This document shows positions 1 to 11,370 of a stretch of DNA of 64,000 nucleotides, piece by piece. The notes under the pieces were generated by a model. It was given only the letters and a program-made list of their open reading frames with translations. It ran no database searches and had not been told where the DNA came from. The stretch comes from Octopus sinensis. Lineage: Eukaryota. The stretch's first letter is position 1, and each line of letters begins with the position of its first letter. The DNA lies in assembly GCF_006345805.1 (NCBI RefSeq), contig NC_042997.1, positions 85,746,001-85,810,000 on the forward strand. Reading direction: 5' to 3'. A program made the translations under genes and the position numbers.

Positions 1-632
1 CTGATCCAACAGCTTGATACCTCTGTAGTTATTTGTATCTAGGGCGTCACCTTTACCTTTGTAGCAGTTGACTATTATTCTGCTACACCAGTCATTGGGT
101 ATGACTCCTTTGTGTATCACCTGATTAACTATATGGGTGACTAGGCTATAGCCGACACTACCAGACATTTTGAGCATCTCTGCAGTGATTCCTGATGGGC
201 CTGGGGCTTTTCCTGTCTTCATGCTTCTAATTGCCTTAGCTACCACGGAACTATCAACTCGGATAGCTGGTCCCTCTGTTGGGTCAACATTCGGCAGACT
301 CTCTTTATCCCATTCATTTTCTTTATTCAGCAAACTTTCATAGTGGCATCTCCAAACCTCTCTCTTTGCATCCTCATTTAGCGCAAGTGAACCATCTTCC
401 ATGCGAACACACTTCTCTCCTACCACATCACGATTCTCTCTCACACACTGTCTTGCAACGCGAAACACCTCCAGTCTTTGGTCCTCACGGCGCAGAACAT
501 TGGCAATTTTTTTTTTTTCTTATCTGCTTCCCCTCTGGCTAAATAAACCTGTCTCTTAGCTTCTCTTTTGGCAGTCTGATACAATTCCCAATTAAAATTT
601 CTTTCAGACTCACTGACTCTCAGTTGAATCAT
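1..632 (-). mobile_element. RTE-clade LINE fragment (region leading into the RT domain), frameshifted, runs off the window edge
   Basis: Manual minus-strand translation gives MKTGKAPGPSGITAEMLK...GVIPNDWCSRIIVNCYKGKGDALDTNNYRGIKLLDQ, which contains the KAPGPxG and NYRGIxLL pre-RT motifs. ORF 441-632 is its upstream part; a frameshift lies at the poly-T near 507-517. Confidence 0.85.
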
Positions 633-1684
633 TTGCTTGACACCAGTTTGTTCAGTCCTTCTTTTCTATCTCTAGTAACCATAGTAAACTATATTATTTG
701 GTACTCTTTCTTAACTAGATGTTAGCCTTAGTCTTGGCTCACTAGACTAACTTCAACCAATTTATATAGACGTATGTTTAACTGATTTTTCTCTTTACTG
801 GTGGCCTTTTATCTGTTTGCATGCATTTAACTCTCTGGCACAAATTGTTCTATTGACATGAAAACATGAAAATGTCTAGGTACAATTTCCATAACTTCTA
901 TTACATAAATTGTCTAATTGACTTATTGTTGTACATTTTCACAAGCATATTTAAGTACAGTTTGTCTTAATTAATGTTGCAAATTTTCTGTATTTGGATT
1001 CAGTTGTTTTCTTTTTAATCAGTGTTCACAAACAATGTGTTGCATAATTATTATTGTATTAACTTACCAGCAAGATCTGCCAAGATACACATTTTTGTTG
1101 GTATTTAGGAAATAACAGCAAAAATTATATGTAACCAATTTTTTTTTTTGCTATATCTACAAGCAATCTTTTATTTTCTTAAATATTCTAAGATTAGAGC
1201 CTATTGGTTGGAATATCCAGATTAATAAATGATTTGAGATAAAACTAATCTTTAGTAATCTAAATTTTCATTAGCTGTTTTGCATTCTTTAAAAGGAAAA
1301 GTTTTGCTGGACAATTTCATTTTGATCTCTCTTTCCTTCATAAGATAATTACAAAACAATACATTTCTTTTTCTGTAGCTATTTTTAATAACTTAATTCT
1401 AAATCTAATCTGAGCTTCCAATCTTTTGTTATTACTTTTATTTAATTTATCCCTCTCTCCATACCTGCAGCTTTTCAAACCACAAATATTTTTTTTACCA
1501 ATTCCATAATGTTTCAAAGTGTGTCTCTCTTTTTATCTACAGCTATCATTGTTTAGCTTCATATCAGTTTTTATTGAACAATCCTATAATCAAAGATGTT
1601 CCAGATATAACCAGCCTGTCATTTTGCTTCAAAATTCATTATCTTTCTGCTAAGAAGTAGGATGGGTTTTTTTTTATCTTCAAA

Positions 1685-2010
1685 GAGATTTGACTGCTAT
1701 TTCTAGCACGTCAAATAACCAAGAGACCTTTGGCAATATGCTGTGCTTGAGAAGAAGACTGATCAAGCCAAGTGAAACCATAGTAGTGGCAGATACTGGT
1801 GTCACACAACTGGCACCTGTGCTGGTGGCATGGAAAAGCACCCATTACACTCTCAGAGTGGTTGGTGTTAGGAAGGGCATCCAACTGTAGTAGCTATTTT
1901 AAAACAGACGGGAGTCTGGTGCAGCTCCTCAGCTTACCAGCCCAAGTCAGGTTGCCCAATCCATGCCAGCATGGACAATAGACATTAAATGATGATGATG
2001 ATGATGATGA
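1685..2010 (+). mobile_element. 3' UTR/tail of an RTE-type LINE with a (TGA)n tail
   Basis: Homologous to the 3' end of 11872-12745 (ggaagggcatcca...ccatgccagcatgga...gacattaaatgatgatg) and ends in (GAT)n. Confidence 0.7.
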
Positions 2011-2544
2011 TTAGGAACTGTATCTAAGAAATTATTAAAATATTTCGTGTATTGCAGAAGTATAAGCGATTCATTGCATACAAATTTTAGCAGCAAAATC
2101 TTATACAGACCCCCACCGAGGGCCATATGGACCTCAGTTGAGAACCACTAGCATAGAGGCTCCAAGTTAGATTCCATTGGCTATGTCCTTCCCCAACAAA
2201 ATACAGACCTCTCAACTCATCTTAGGAACCCACTAATTATAGTTCACAAATATCATAGCAGCAATGTTGCATATTCAAAATAGAGGGACATACGCTCTCT
2301 TTTAAATACCTCTCATGAGAGCATCTCTCTCTCTCTCTTTCTCTTAATCTTCTGTCTTCTTCACCCTTTCTCTTCCTCTCTCTCTCTTTCGTTTGATTCT
2401 TTCATTTTGTTAGTTAATCAATAATTCAATAGTTTGGCAATGAAATTAATAATAAACGATGTTCTTAGTGGCATTAAAATGTTCAAATTTAGTTTAGCTA
2501 ATGCAGATCAAAACAAAACAAAACATTGTAATCCTTGCTAATGA

Positions 2545-3250
2545 CATGATTGTAATTTTTAAAGTGTGTGTGTGTGTGTGAGAGAGAGAGTGAGTGAGTG
2601 AGTGAGTGCATGTGAGAGAGAGGACGGAAAGAGAGTGGAGAGAGGGGAAGAGATTGAGAGAGAGTGTGTGTGTATGTGTGTGTGTGTGTGTGCATGTGTG
2701 AGAGAGAAAGAGAGTGGAGAGAGGGGGAGAGATTGAGAAAGAGTTTGAGAGAGAGTGTGTGTGTGAGAGTGAATGAGAGAGAAAGGAGAAAAGTGAGTGG
2801 AGAGAGAGAGTGTGTGTTAGTATGTGTATCTGTGAAAGAGAGAGAGAGAGACATTGAAAGAGAAAGAGATTCTGTGTGTTAGTGAGTGCATGTCTGTGAG
2901 AAAGTGAGAGCAAGTGAAAGAGAGAGTGTGTGTGTATGCATGTGTCAGTGAGTGTGCCTGTATGTGTGTGTAAGAGAAAGAGATTACATGTGTGTCTGTG
3001 TGTGTGAGAGAGAGAGACAGAGAGAGAGAGTGAGAGAGAGGGGTGAGAGAGAGTGTGTGTCTGCATGTGTTGGTAAATGTGCCTGTATGTGTGTGTGTGT
3101 GTGTGTGTGTAAGAGAAAGAGAGTACATGTATGTGTGTGTAAGACAGAGAGAGAATGGGAGTGAGAAAGAGAGAGAGAGAGAGAGAGTGGATATGTGTCT
3201 GAGACAAACAAATTGTGTGTATGCGTGTGAGTGTGTGTGTGTATGTGGTG
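2545..3250. repeat. compound (GT)n/(GA)n microsatellite
   Basis: Visible dinucleotide runs; explains the SL/TH/CV-rich ORFs here. Confidence 0.95.
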
Positions 3251-3302
3251 ATTGACAAAGAGATTGAAACAGCTGAGTGTCAAACTGTGAAAACTCCACT
3301 TT

Positions 3303-3400
3303 TTGTTGTTTAACCCCAGGTCATCCCCGTTCAAGCAGACCTATGACCAAAAGCATTTCAAACATGAGCATCTACATCTGTTTATCAGGGAGGGACAACA
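3303..3400 (-). mobile_element. SINE-like family E fragment
   Basis: Reverse complement of the repeat seen at ~5945-6120 and ~56935-57120 (ggatggt..tggctggaatgcc...gctaaacaacaac). Confidence 0.5.
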
Positions 3401-3681
3401 CAGTAGTGTAAACATAATGGGAGAGGTAGTCTTCCTCAGGATGATGCTTTTATTGAAGTGGCACTTTTGGGTACACTGTATAAATTTGTATAACCCTTGG
3501 TGACAGAGTAATGAATCACAGATGAAGATTAATCAAATCGGGAATCAGTGCTTATATGGCTCCATCTTACTTGCTGTAGGTGGGAGCTTGTTTCCCTTGT
3601 TAGTTATTAGAAAAGTGTTTTAACTCTTATTTCTAGCAATGCTGGTGCTCACTAGCACCTTCTGTCATTTTAGTGATGACT

Positions 3682-3856
3682 GGCTGTGTGGTAAGTAGCT
3701 TGCTTACCAACCACATGGTTCCAGGTTCAGTCCCACTGCGTGGCACCTGGGCAAGTGTCTTCTACTACAGCCTTGGGCCTTGTGAGTGGATTTGGTAGAT
3801 GGAAACTGAAAGAAACCCGCCGTATATGCATATATGCATATGTGTGTGTGTGTGTG

Positions 3857-3891
<35 letters not shown>

Positions 3892-4121
3892 TGTGTGTGT
3901 ATGTATATGTTTGTGTGTCTGTGGTTGTACCCCCCAACATCGCTTGACAACTGATACTGGTGTGTTTACGTCCCCGGCACTTTATCAGTTCGGCAAGAGA
4001 GCCCGATAGAATAAGTACCAGGTTTATAAAGAATAAGTCCTGGGGTCGATTTGCTTGACTAAAGGTGGTGCTCCAGCATGGCCGCAGTCAAATGACTGAA
4101 ACAAATAAAAGAATAAAAGAA
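3682..4121 (+). mobile_element. tRNA-derived SINE family A, full length with internal (GT)n
   Basis: A-box-like tgtggtaag and B-box ggttcagtccc, a central microsatellite, and a conserved tail ggtgctccagcatggccgcagtcaaatgactgaaac(aataaaag)n. Many copies in the window. Confidence 0.9.
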
Positions 4122-4152
4122 TATATATTAAAGTAATAAAGTTAATATTTGG

Positions 4153-4225
4153 TCATAAAGTGACCAATGGTTCTGCATCCACGACGGCCGTAGCTTTGTG
4201 GACAACTCATTAGGCTCTAGTCCAA
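4153..4225 (-). ncRNA. degenerate type I hammerhead ribozyme candidate (Penelope-associated)
   Basis: Minus strand reads tagagc-CTAATGA-g-ttgtccac...gtggatgca-GAA-ccattgg-TC-acttta: near-core motifs, stem II, a palindromic stem III ending in GUC, and a 5-bp stem I. The core is mutated. Confidence 0.4.
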
Positions 4226-4369
4226 AGACAAATTTAACATTTCACTTCTCAGAGGTGGAAAGTTGTTATGGTCATTGGTCAAATAAGTCCAGCGTTAGTG
4301 AGAACGGGTTATCTCCCTTAGACTAGCTATTTGGAGAGGGGAGTAAGGGATCTTATCCCTTGGTCTGCT

Positions 4370-5395
4370 AATGGATCGTAAGGACTCTTTCAAGCTTAGT
4401 CAGCAAAGAGGAATCCCATGTTTGCAGCAGGTAGTGCTTGAAACGGATGCATGGTGTAAAGATTTCTTGGCAAGTATTCAGTGATCCAGGTCTCAGGGTG
4501 TCTTTAAGTATCTTAGTTCACTCAACTATGCAGAGCTTGCAGCATACGCCCCCGTTGATGTAGGGAGCCCAACCTTTCTAAGATCTTACACTTGATATTG
4601 TATGGAGTCCCTTCATCTTTGAGGCACCACACATGGCTGACCGGGGATTTGACAAATCATCTTTCTGGGACCCTGAAGGAGGCTGTACAAGCGTCACTTG
4701 AATGCCGTACCAGCTGATCCGATGTATTTCTACTTGGGTATTGGCTGTGTTCACATTACTGGTACATCTTTGGTTGGCTCTGGGCCTGGGGATGTTGTTG
4801 TTTCCACCGGTGTTGTTGGGGCTGCCATCAGTGCTATTACCACCATAACTCATGGGTCCAGTGATGCGGTTGTGGCTGCTGTCATTGTGGTGGTAGTCCC
4901 TGGTTTGCAGGGTTGGCGCTATTGCTATCAGTGGTGATGTGAGTGCCATTGGCAATGTGAGTACCATTGATGGTAATGTTGGATGTGGGGCCAGTAGCTT
5001 CACTGGTTCTGTTGGTGTCAGCATGGTCATCTTCTCTGGCTGTAGTGCTGGTACTGGGGTCATCATGCTGCTATTACCATACCCCACAACATCACTAGGC
5101 CTGGGTGTCACCACAGTTTCATAGATGATTCTCTTGGTCCCACACAGGCTATCCACTAGACTGTCATTGTATACTCTGCAAGAGCAACCTGCCACTTCCA
5201 GTGTTTTATGGGCATTAGCTAATATATTTTTCATGTTGGCTACACAACTAAAAGAGACCCTTAGTTTGTGCCTGTTGAATAAAGGTCTGTATTTATGTGT
5301 CTGTGTGACGTGTTTGCCCTGAGGAATATCCTTCTCACGCAAGTTTTGACATTGAATGAGAAGTGTAGAGCAAATCAAATCACATTTTGGCAACA
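4370..5395 (-). mobile_element. Penelope-like element, C-terminal RT-linker and GIY-YIG endonuclease (degenerate)
   Basis: LFNRHKLRVSFSCVANMKNIL, CSCR...CGTKRIIYETVV, then in shifted frames KYIGSAGTAFK, HVWCLKDEGTPYNIKCKIL, CCKLCIVE*TKIL and LNTCQEIFTPC, all typical PLE endonuclease motifs. Confidence 0.85.
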
Positions 5396-5417
5396 CTTCC
5401 TTCATATATATATATAT

Positions 5418-5640
5418 ATACTTTTATTCTTTTATTCGTTTACTTGTTTCAGTCATTTGGCTATGGCCATGCTGGAGCACCGCCTTTAGTCAAGCAAATT
5501 CACTTTGCCTTTCATCCTTTTCGTGGTGGTGGTGGGGGGGGGGGGCAATAAAATAAGTACCAGTTGAAGAACGGGATCAATGTAATTGATATACCCCACT
5601 CCACAAGCTTACTGACCATGTGCCAAAATTTGAAATCGAT
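5418..5640. mobile_element. SINE A tail (minus) fused to a SINE B 3' half (plus)
   Basis: Reverse complement of the SINE A tail, followed by ctttgcctttcatcc...aagtaccag...tgtgccaaaatttgaaa. Confidence 0.7.
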
Positions 5641-6144
5641 ATATTCAGGAGGATTATATTATTCAGTGTGTTCTTTATACACAAACACACATAAATATAG
5701 TGAAAAAATATTTAATAAAAGAAGGAAAATACACATAATTTATATAATTTTAATGTATTTTAAGGATAGAATATTATGATAGTCAACCAGTTTTGTATTT
5801 TGCTAATCATGACATTGAAATTGGTGAAAATATTTCAATTTTGTATTTTTTTAAGGAATTTTTAGTCCATGTTGCTTTTATGAGAGCAACTGCTCTATTT
5901 AATCAGTTGTCAGTTGGGAACCTCTATGCAGTTAGTTATTCACTCTGCTCAAAATAACAGCCAGATATCTCACCTCAAATCAGGCCCCAACCATCAGTAA
6001 AAAAACAAAAAACAAAAGGAGAATGAAAGAAATTGAAAAAAAATGGGATGGTAATGGCTGGAGCTTTTTGTTTTTATCAAGATTGGCCTAGCCCTAAACA
6101 ATAATAGCAACAACAACCAATCAACATCTCACTTTGGTCTTTAA

Positions 6145-6365
6145 CCCTTTTGTTACTGTATTTATTTCGAGATACTCTATGTTTCTCTCAATTATTTTAG
6201 ACATGACAAAGAATTTTGTAAAATAACTTAGTTATCATTCAGCTAGTGTTAGGAACAGTAATTGTGACTAAGGTTTGGTGGAAGATTTTAATTCAAAATT
6301 TATGAAAACAAGACATTTGTACTACAGAGCTATAGCTGGTTTCAACCAGGTTGGTATCAAAAGGG
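6145..6365. mobile_element. piggyBac-type MITE
   Basis: TTAA at 6141-6144 and 6366-6369 flank the inverted termini CCCTTTTGTTAC / GTATCAAAAGGG. Confidence 0.8.
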
Positions 6366-6386
6366 TTAATATTATGTTACAATATA

Positions 6387-6578
6387 AAGGTGGCACACTA
6401 GCAGAATCATTAACCTTTTGTTTGTCACTACATTTTGAGTTCAAATTCTGCCAAGGTCAGCTTTGCTTTTCATCCTTTTGAGGTTGATAAAATAAGTACC
6501 AGCTAAGTACTGGGCTGATATAATTGACCAGACCCCCTCCTCAGAAATTGTTGCCCATGTGCCAAAATTTTAAACTAG
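6387..6578 (+). mobile_element. SINE family B (short tRNA-derived SINE), CpG-decayed
   Basis: Matches the cleaner copies at 38661-38878 and 58742-58928. Confidence 0.8.
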
Positions 6579-6794
6579 TATAATGTTATAAAATATTTGT
6601 TTTCATTCCTCTGACTATGCCAGATTTCCAGCCAATTGTTTACAGAGACAAATGAAAGGAACCAAGTGACAAAGTGTCGCATTAATAAATATAGCAGTAT
6701 TTAGATTCATTTAGTTCTGAATTTAGGAATAACTTTGCCTTTCATACCCTACTACATGCTAAGATCAACTAAAATAAGTTACATTAATACATTC

Positions 6795-6795
<1 letters not shown>

Positions 6796-6882
<87 letters not shown>

Positions 6883-7030
6883 TGTGAATTTGTGTGTGTG
6901 TGTCTAAGTGTGAATTTGTGTGTGTGTGGTGTGTGTGTGTGTGTGTGTGTTGTGTGTGTGTGTGTGAGTGTGAATTTGTGTGTGTGTGTCTAAGTGTGAA
7001 TTTGTGTGTGTGTGTGTGTGTGTGTGTGTA
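6796..7030. repeat. (GT)n microsatellite with a recurring gtgaattt interruption
   Basis: Direct inspection. Confidence 0.95.
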
Positions 7031-7639
7031 GTCATTTCAATCAACTATAGTTTGAACGCCTACAAGAGTAGACTTTGTGCCTAATCAAAAGAAATCAATA
7101 TTCTACATTTCATAATTTGGAATTCTATGAAAATGTTCAACTGATTTGATTTATATTATATTATATCACAGTTTGTGAACTAAAGTGTCATTAGTTACAT
7201 GTAGCCAATGAGCTTCTTGAAATAATGGACACCTGCTTGGGCATTAAATTCTTCAGTGAACGCTTTTCTCTCTCTCTCTCAGCTTTTTCCTAGCACTCTT
7301 ACAAACAACTTACACAACTCTCATAAGCCATTCATCTTCACTCAGTTTTCTTAGTTAATTACACAGTGAATAATATGCTTCACCAGGAATTTCTACATGT
7401 ATGCATGAGTTTCTCATTCAAAATAAAACACATGCACACACACAACTGATAGCAACTTCTGTGTGTGTGTGTGGTTTCAAATTTTTAAAGCACATAGAAT
7501 CATCTGTTTCAACAATATGGTTAGCACATTGCATATTTATTTGAAATACCTTGAAATTTTACCACCACCCACCCAAGTCACATATATATATAATGGGTTT
7601 TCTGTTGGATTTTGTAACAACTCATATGTCTGTTTCCAG

Positions 7640-7732
7640 TTTGTGTTGAAATGGCAGTTAGACATTCTATTCATTCGTTAAATGAATTCAAAGGAAGATG
7701 TGTCAATAAAATTCTGTGCCAATTATTTATAG
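7640..7732 (+). CDS. candidate internal coding exon (93 nt, phase 1-1) of an unidentified gene
   Basis: Acceptor ctgtttccag|, an open frame xCVEMAVRHSIHSLNEFKGRCVNKILCQLFI, and donor atag|gtattg, in non-repetitive sequence. Confidence 0.45.
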
Positions 7733-8106
7733 GTATTGCATTATAGGCATCAATTCTTTATGATTAAATGCTGTGCTAGACGATATAAACTGATCTCTTT
7801 TCAGTTATTATTAAATTATGAATATTTCATATTTCTTTACACATTTGCCTTTGTACTTTTAAGTATATAGTGCTAAGATTTTGTTCTTTGTGTGCTGATG
7901 TGATGCATTAAATTACAGTTAAAATATCAACACACACATACATATATAACACTATTAATGAAGTTGATTATCCTTTTGTTGTGCCTGTGGTTGTATGGAT
8001 CTGAATATATATGTATGAATATCTGTGTATGAATATGCATGGTATATGTGTTTGTAAATATATATGCTTGTATGTGTGTATTTATGTATATATGTATGTG
8101 TATATA

Positions 8107-8143
<37 letters not shown>

Positions 8144-8217
8144 TGTTAAGTAGATGGATATACATACATACAAATATATAATGTATAAATATGTGTGTGG
8201 TGTGTGTGTGTGTGGTG

Positions 8218-8250
<33 letters not shown>

Positions 8251-8254
<4 letters not shown>

Positions 8255-8468
8255 GGGGGTACTGACAAGTTTCTGGCTATAAGGGTATCACAAAAGACCT
8301 GGTTGGAGGCCCAACCTTCTGAGTTCTTTTACAGGGCTTAGAAAAACTGTAGGACCTCTGCAATAAGTGTGTTAATTTGAGGGGAATATGTTGAACAAAA
8401 TAATTATTAACTGCTCCTCCTGTATTTTTTTTTACCCAAAGCCAGAAACTTTTCAACACCCCCTTGTA
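8251..8468 (+). mobile_element. mariner-derived MITE
   Basis: ~28-bp TIRs aagggggtactgacaagtttctggct / agccagaaacttttcaacacccccttg with TA ends. The interior encodes a transposase C-terminus, GLEKL*DLCNKCVNLRGEYVEQ. A half copy lies at ~20580-20620. Confidence 0.85.
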
Positions 8469-8475
8469 TATACAT

Positions 8476-8589
8476 TGTTGTTGCTGTTGTTGTTTGTTTC
8501 TTCTTGAGCCATGCCTGGCTCATAAGGGCCAGTTTCCCAGTTTCATTGGCACATAGATTCTCCACCTGGACAGGATGCCGGTCTATCAC
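8476..8589 (-). mobile_element. V-domain SINE remnant with (AAC)n tail
   Basis: Minus strand gtgatagaccggcatcctgtccaggtgg...gaaactgggaaactggcccttatgagccaggcatggctc resembles the V-SINE core as I recall it. Confidence 0.55.
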
Positions 8590-8665
8590 TCTTGCATATA
8601 CATACAGTACCAAATTCACTCATAAGGCTTTGGTTGACCAAACCTTGCGAGCAAATATGGTATAT

Positions 8666-8946
8666 GATGGTTCAGTTGTTAGGGTATTCAGCTCATAATC
8701 GTAAGGTCATGAGTTTGATTCCCAAGGGTATGTTGCATCCTTGAGCAAGACATTTTATTTTTCTCATTGCTCCAGTCCATTCATCTGTCAAAAATGAGTG
8801 GTGCCTGTATTTCAAAGGGCCAGCATTATCTCATTCTGTGTCAAGTTCAATCTCCTTGCTCAGCCAATTGCATTTTAATTTCATGAGCAGGCTGTTCCAT
8901 TTATTGGATCAACTTAAAACACTTGTCATCATAACAGATGGAGAGC
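8666..8946 (+). mobile_element. SINE family C, decayed copy
   Basis: Aligns with 31912-32230 (ccttgagcaagacac...ctccagtcca...tttcaaagggccagc). Confidence 0.8.
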
Positions 8947-10133
8947 CAAGCCATAATTTCTCAGTAAAAGGGAATGAGTCTGTCTAATGCTTGTTGTAGA
9001 GTATATTCTTTATTTGAATTGATTTCTTTTTACTTATTGTCATACCACTAAAATCATCAAAACTGCTTTGTTTTAATCATTTGGGTATATTTTATATAAA
9101 ATTACATACTCGTATTTCACCTGTGTTTTTCCTATAAGAATTCTGTTCCTTAGAGAATATAAGTCAATACCTGGATGCAGTAACTAATCCTTATTGAGTT
9201 CTAAACTCGGTCCTACTTTCTCAGTTTCATATGTCAAGTACAAGTTTACGTTTGCAAATACTGCTGTCTAATGTTGGTAGCAGATCACAAATGGACCCAT
9301 TACTTCACTGGTATTTTATTTTATCAATCCTGGTAAATTAAAAGACAAAGCACACCTTAGCAGGTATTTAATTCAGAATGTGAATGACTATAATTAAACA
9401 TCACAAGCTGCTTTGCTTGATGCTAAAATCATTTGGCCAATGCAGTTCACTACTTTCCAAATATGTCATGTCATCTTACTTTTTTCTCCTCACACATCAA
9501 ATACCAAATATCTTTAAGATGATGAGGATAATAAATTATGTCACACTCTGTACTAACAATGGATGAAAGCAGCAAATGTATATGGAAACAAGGATAGAAA
9601 AAAATTGGAGAAATGGTACACAATTACAAATGCAAATAACAGGACATAACAACAGGTCTCTTTTGACTAAAGACAAATTAAATTAAGCTGGTGTGTGTAG
9701 AAGTGAAGTCTTACAGCAGGGACATAAGAGATGACAGGCATGGGGAGGAATATAGATGCTGCACAGATGGTAATCGAACCAAGAAAGAAAGGTCAGACTT
9801 GGCCGAAAACTGGTCACGTGGAGAGAGGTAGAAGCAGAAAGATAAAAGAATTAGTGAGGGATGAGAAAATAAGAAAAGGGACAGACTGAAGTGAAAGCCA
9901 AGGGAAGGAGAGAATGAATAGAAAGCCAGGAAATGTGAGAGTGGGGGAATGAAAGAAAGAAGAGTGGAAAGAGTGAAGTAAGTGTGAAGGGGCTGATAGG
10001 AAAAAGAAAGAATGAAAGAATAAAAGAGTCATACAAAATTTATATATATATATATATAAGTAAGTATATATGTATACATATATATACATATATATATTTT
10101 CCTCATCTTCCCTTCCTTGGATCTTTCCCTTTT

Positions 10134-10172
10134 CTATGTATCAGATGAAGAGCTCCACTCGAAACATTAAAT
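10134..10172 (+). ncRNA. degenerate minimal hammerhead motif
   Basis: cAgatga-a-gag-ctcca-ctc-GAAA-cAtt fits the minimal PLE-type hammerhead ctgatga..gaaacgt with two substitutions. Confidence 0.35.
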
Positions 10173-10744
10173 CTTCCTTCTTTCTTTCCTTTCCTGAGCA
10201 TCCAATAACACTATATTTGTTCCACGTCCTCGTGTTGTGTTTTCTCTTTGTGCTTTCATGTTTGGGTTCACGATATAATTTAGCTTTAAGAATAAACATT
10301 AACAAACTATAGAATATCTTTACACTATCTATACTCTAATATTTTAATTCACAAACTATTTTACAAAACAATTACACTAAATATATCTAGATTTTAGTTC
10401 ACATATAATAATTATAAAATAATAAATTATAAAACTATAAAATTATAAAATTAACTAAAAGTACATATCTAAATTATAATTAACAAATATAGCAATTAGA
10501 AATCCATATTTTTTCAATCAATAATCATATAAATAAATAAATAAGTTACTCTATTATTACTTAAAAAAATATTTTACATATCATTCTGAAAATATTTATG
10601 AAATAAAAAATAAAAAATAAAAAATTCCAAAACTAAAAATTTATTACTTATCGTTTATCAAATTATTTGTGAAAAAAGTACTTATCATTATTATTATTAA
10701 ATTCAATAGTACTAAACAATCGCACACCGATTTTCCACATATGT

Positions 10745-10853
10745 AGTATATACATATATATGTGTGTGTGTGTGTGTGGGGGGGGGTGTTTGCGTTTGTG
10801 TGTGTATGTATATATATATATTATATATATATATATCTATCTATCTATCTATC

Positions 10854-10890
<37 letters not shown>

Positions 10891-10933
10891 GTATATATAT
10901 ATATATATGTGTGTGTGTATGTATGTATGTATG

Positions 10934-11014
<81 letters not shown>

Positions 11015-11038
11015 CATATATGTATATGTATATATATA

Positions 11039-11123
<85 letters not shown>

Positions 11124-11140
11124 TATACATATACATACAT
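10745..11140. repeat. (TA)n-dominated microsatellite
   Basis: Direct inspection. Confidence 0.95.
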
Positions 11141-11370
11141 ATGAGAAATCTGCGGTTACTCTATCCAGATTACAAGTTCAGGTTTATACCTATAATTATT
11201 GGGGCCCTGGGATATGTAACACACTGCCTAAATACCAATCTTGAGAAGCTAGACTTCTCGAAACCATAGGAGAAATCTAATTCAAAGACTACAGATCCTG
11301 TCCTAAAATTTCCAGAAGTTTATTATTTAAATATATATGAGCATGTCTAGATATGCAACTATATGCATGT
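11140..11370 (+). mobile_element. 3' end of an R4/Dong-like (RLE) LINE
   Basis: [42 protein letters not shown] carries the PIxIGALG motif of the restriction-like endonuclease C-terminus; (TACA)n follows. Confidence 0.6.

Noticed and set aside
1464-1545. Minus-strand donor cag|gtatgg and plus-strand acceptor tctacag|
   Set aside because: No frame stays open between a matching acceptor and donor.
2494-3334. Long TH/SL/CV-rich ORFs (and similar ones at 10760-11269, 33397-33795, 54043-54573, 55313-55810)
   Set aside because: Artefacts of dinucleotide repeats that lack stop codons.
9107-9262. Minus-strand frame AVFANVNLYLTYETEKVGPSLELNKD*LLHPGIDLYSLRNRILIGKTQVKY ending at a GTATGT donor
   Set aside because: It has an internal stop, no recognisable homology, and is opposite in strand to the better exon candidates.
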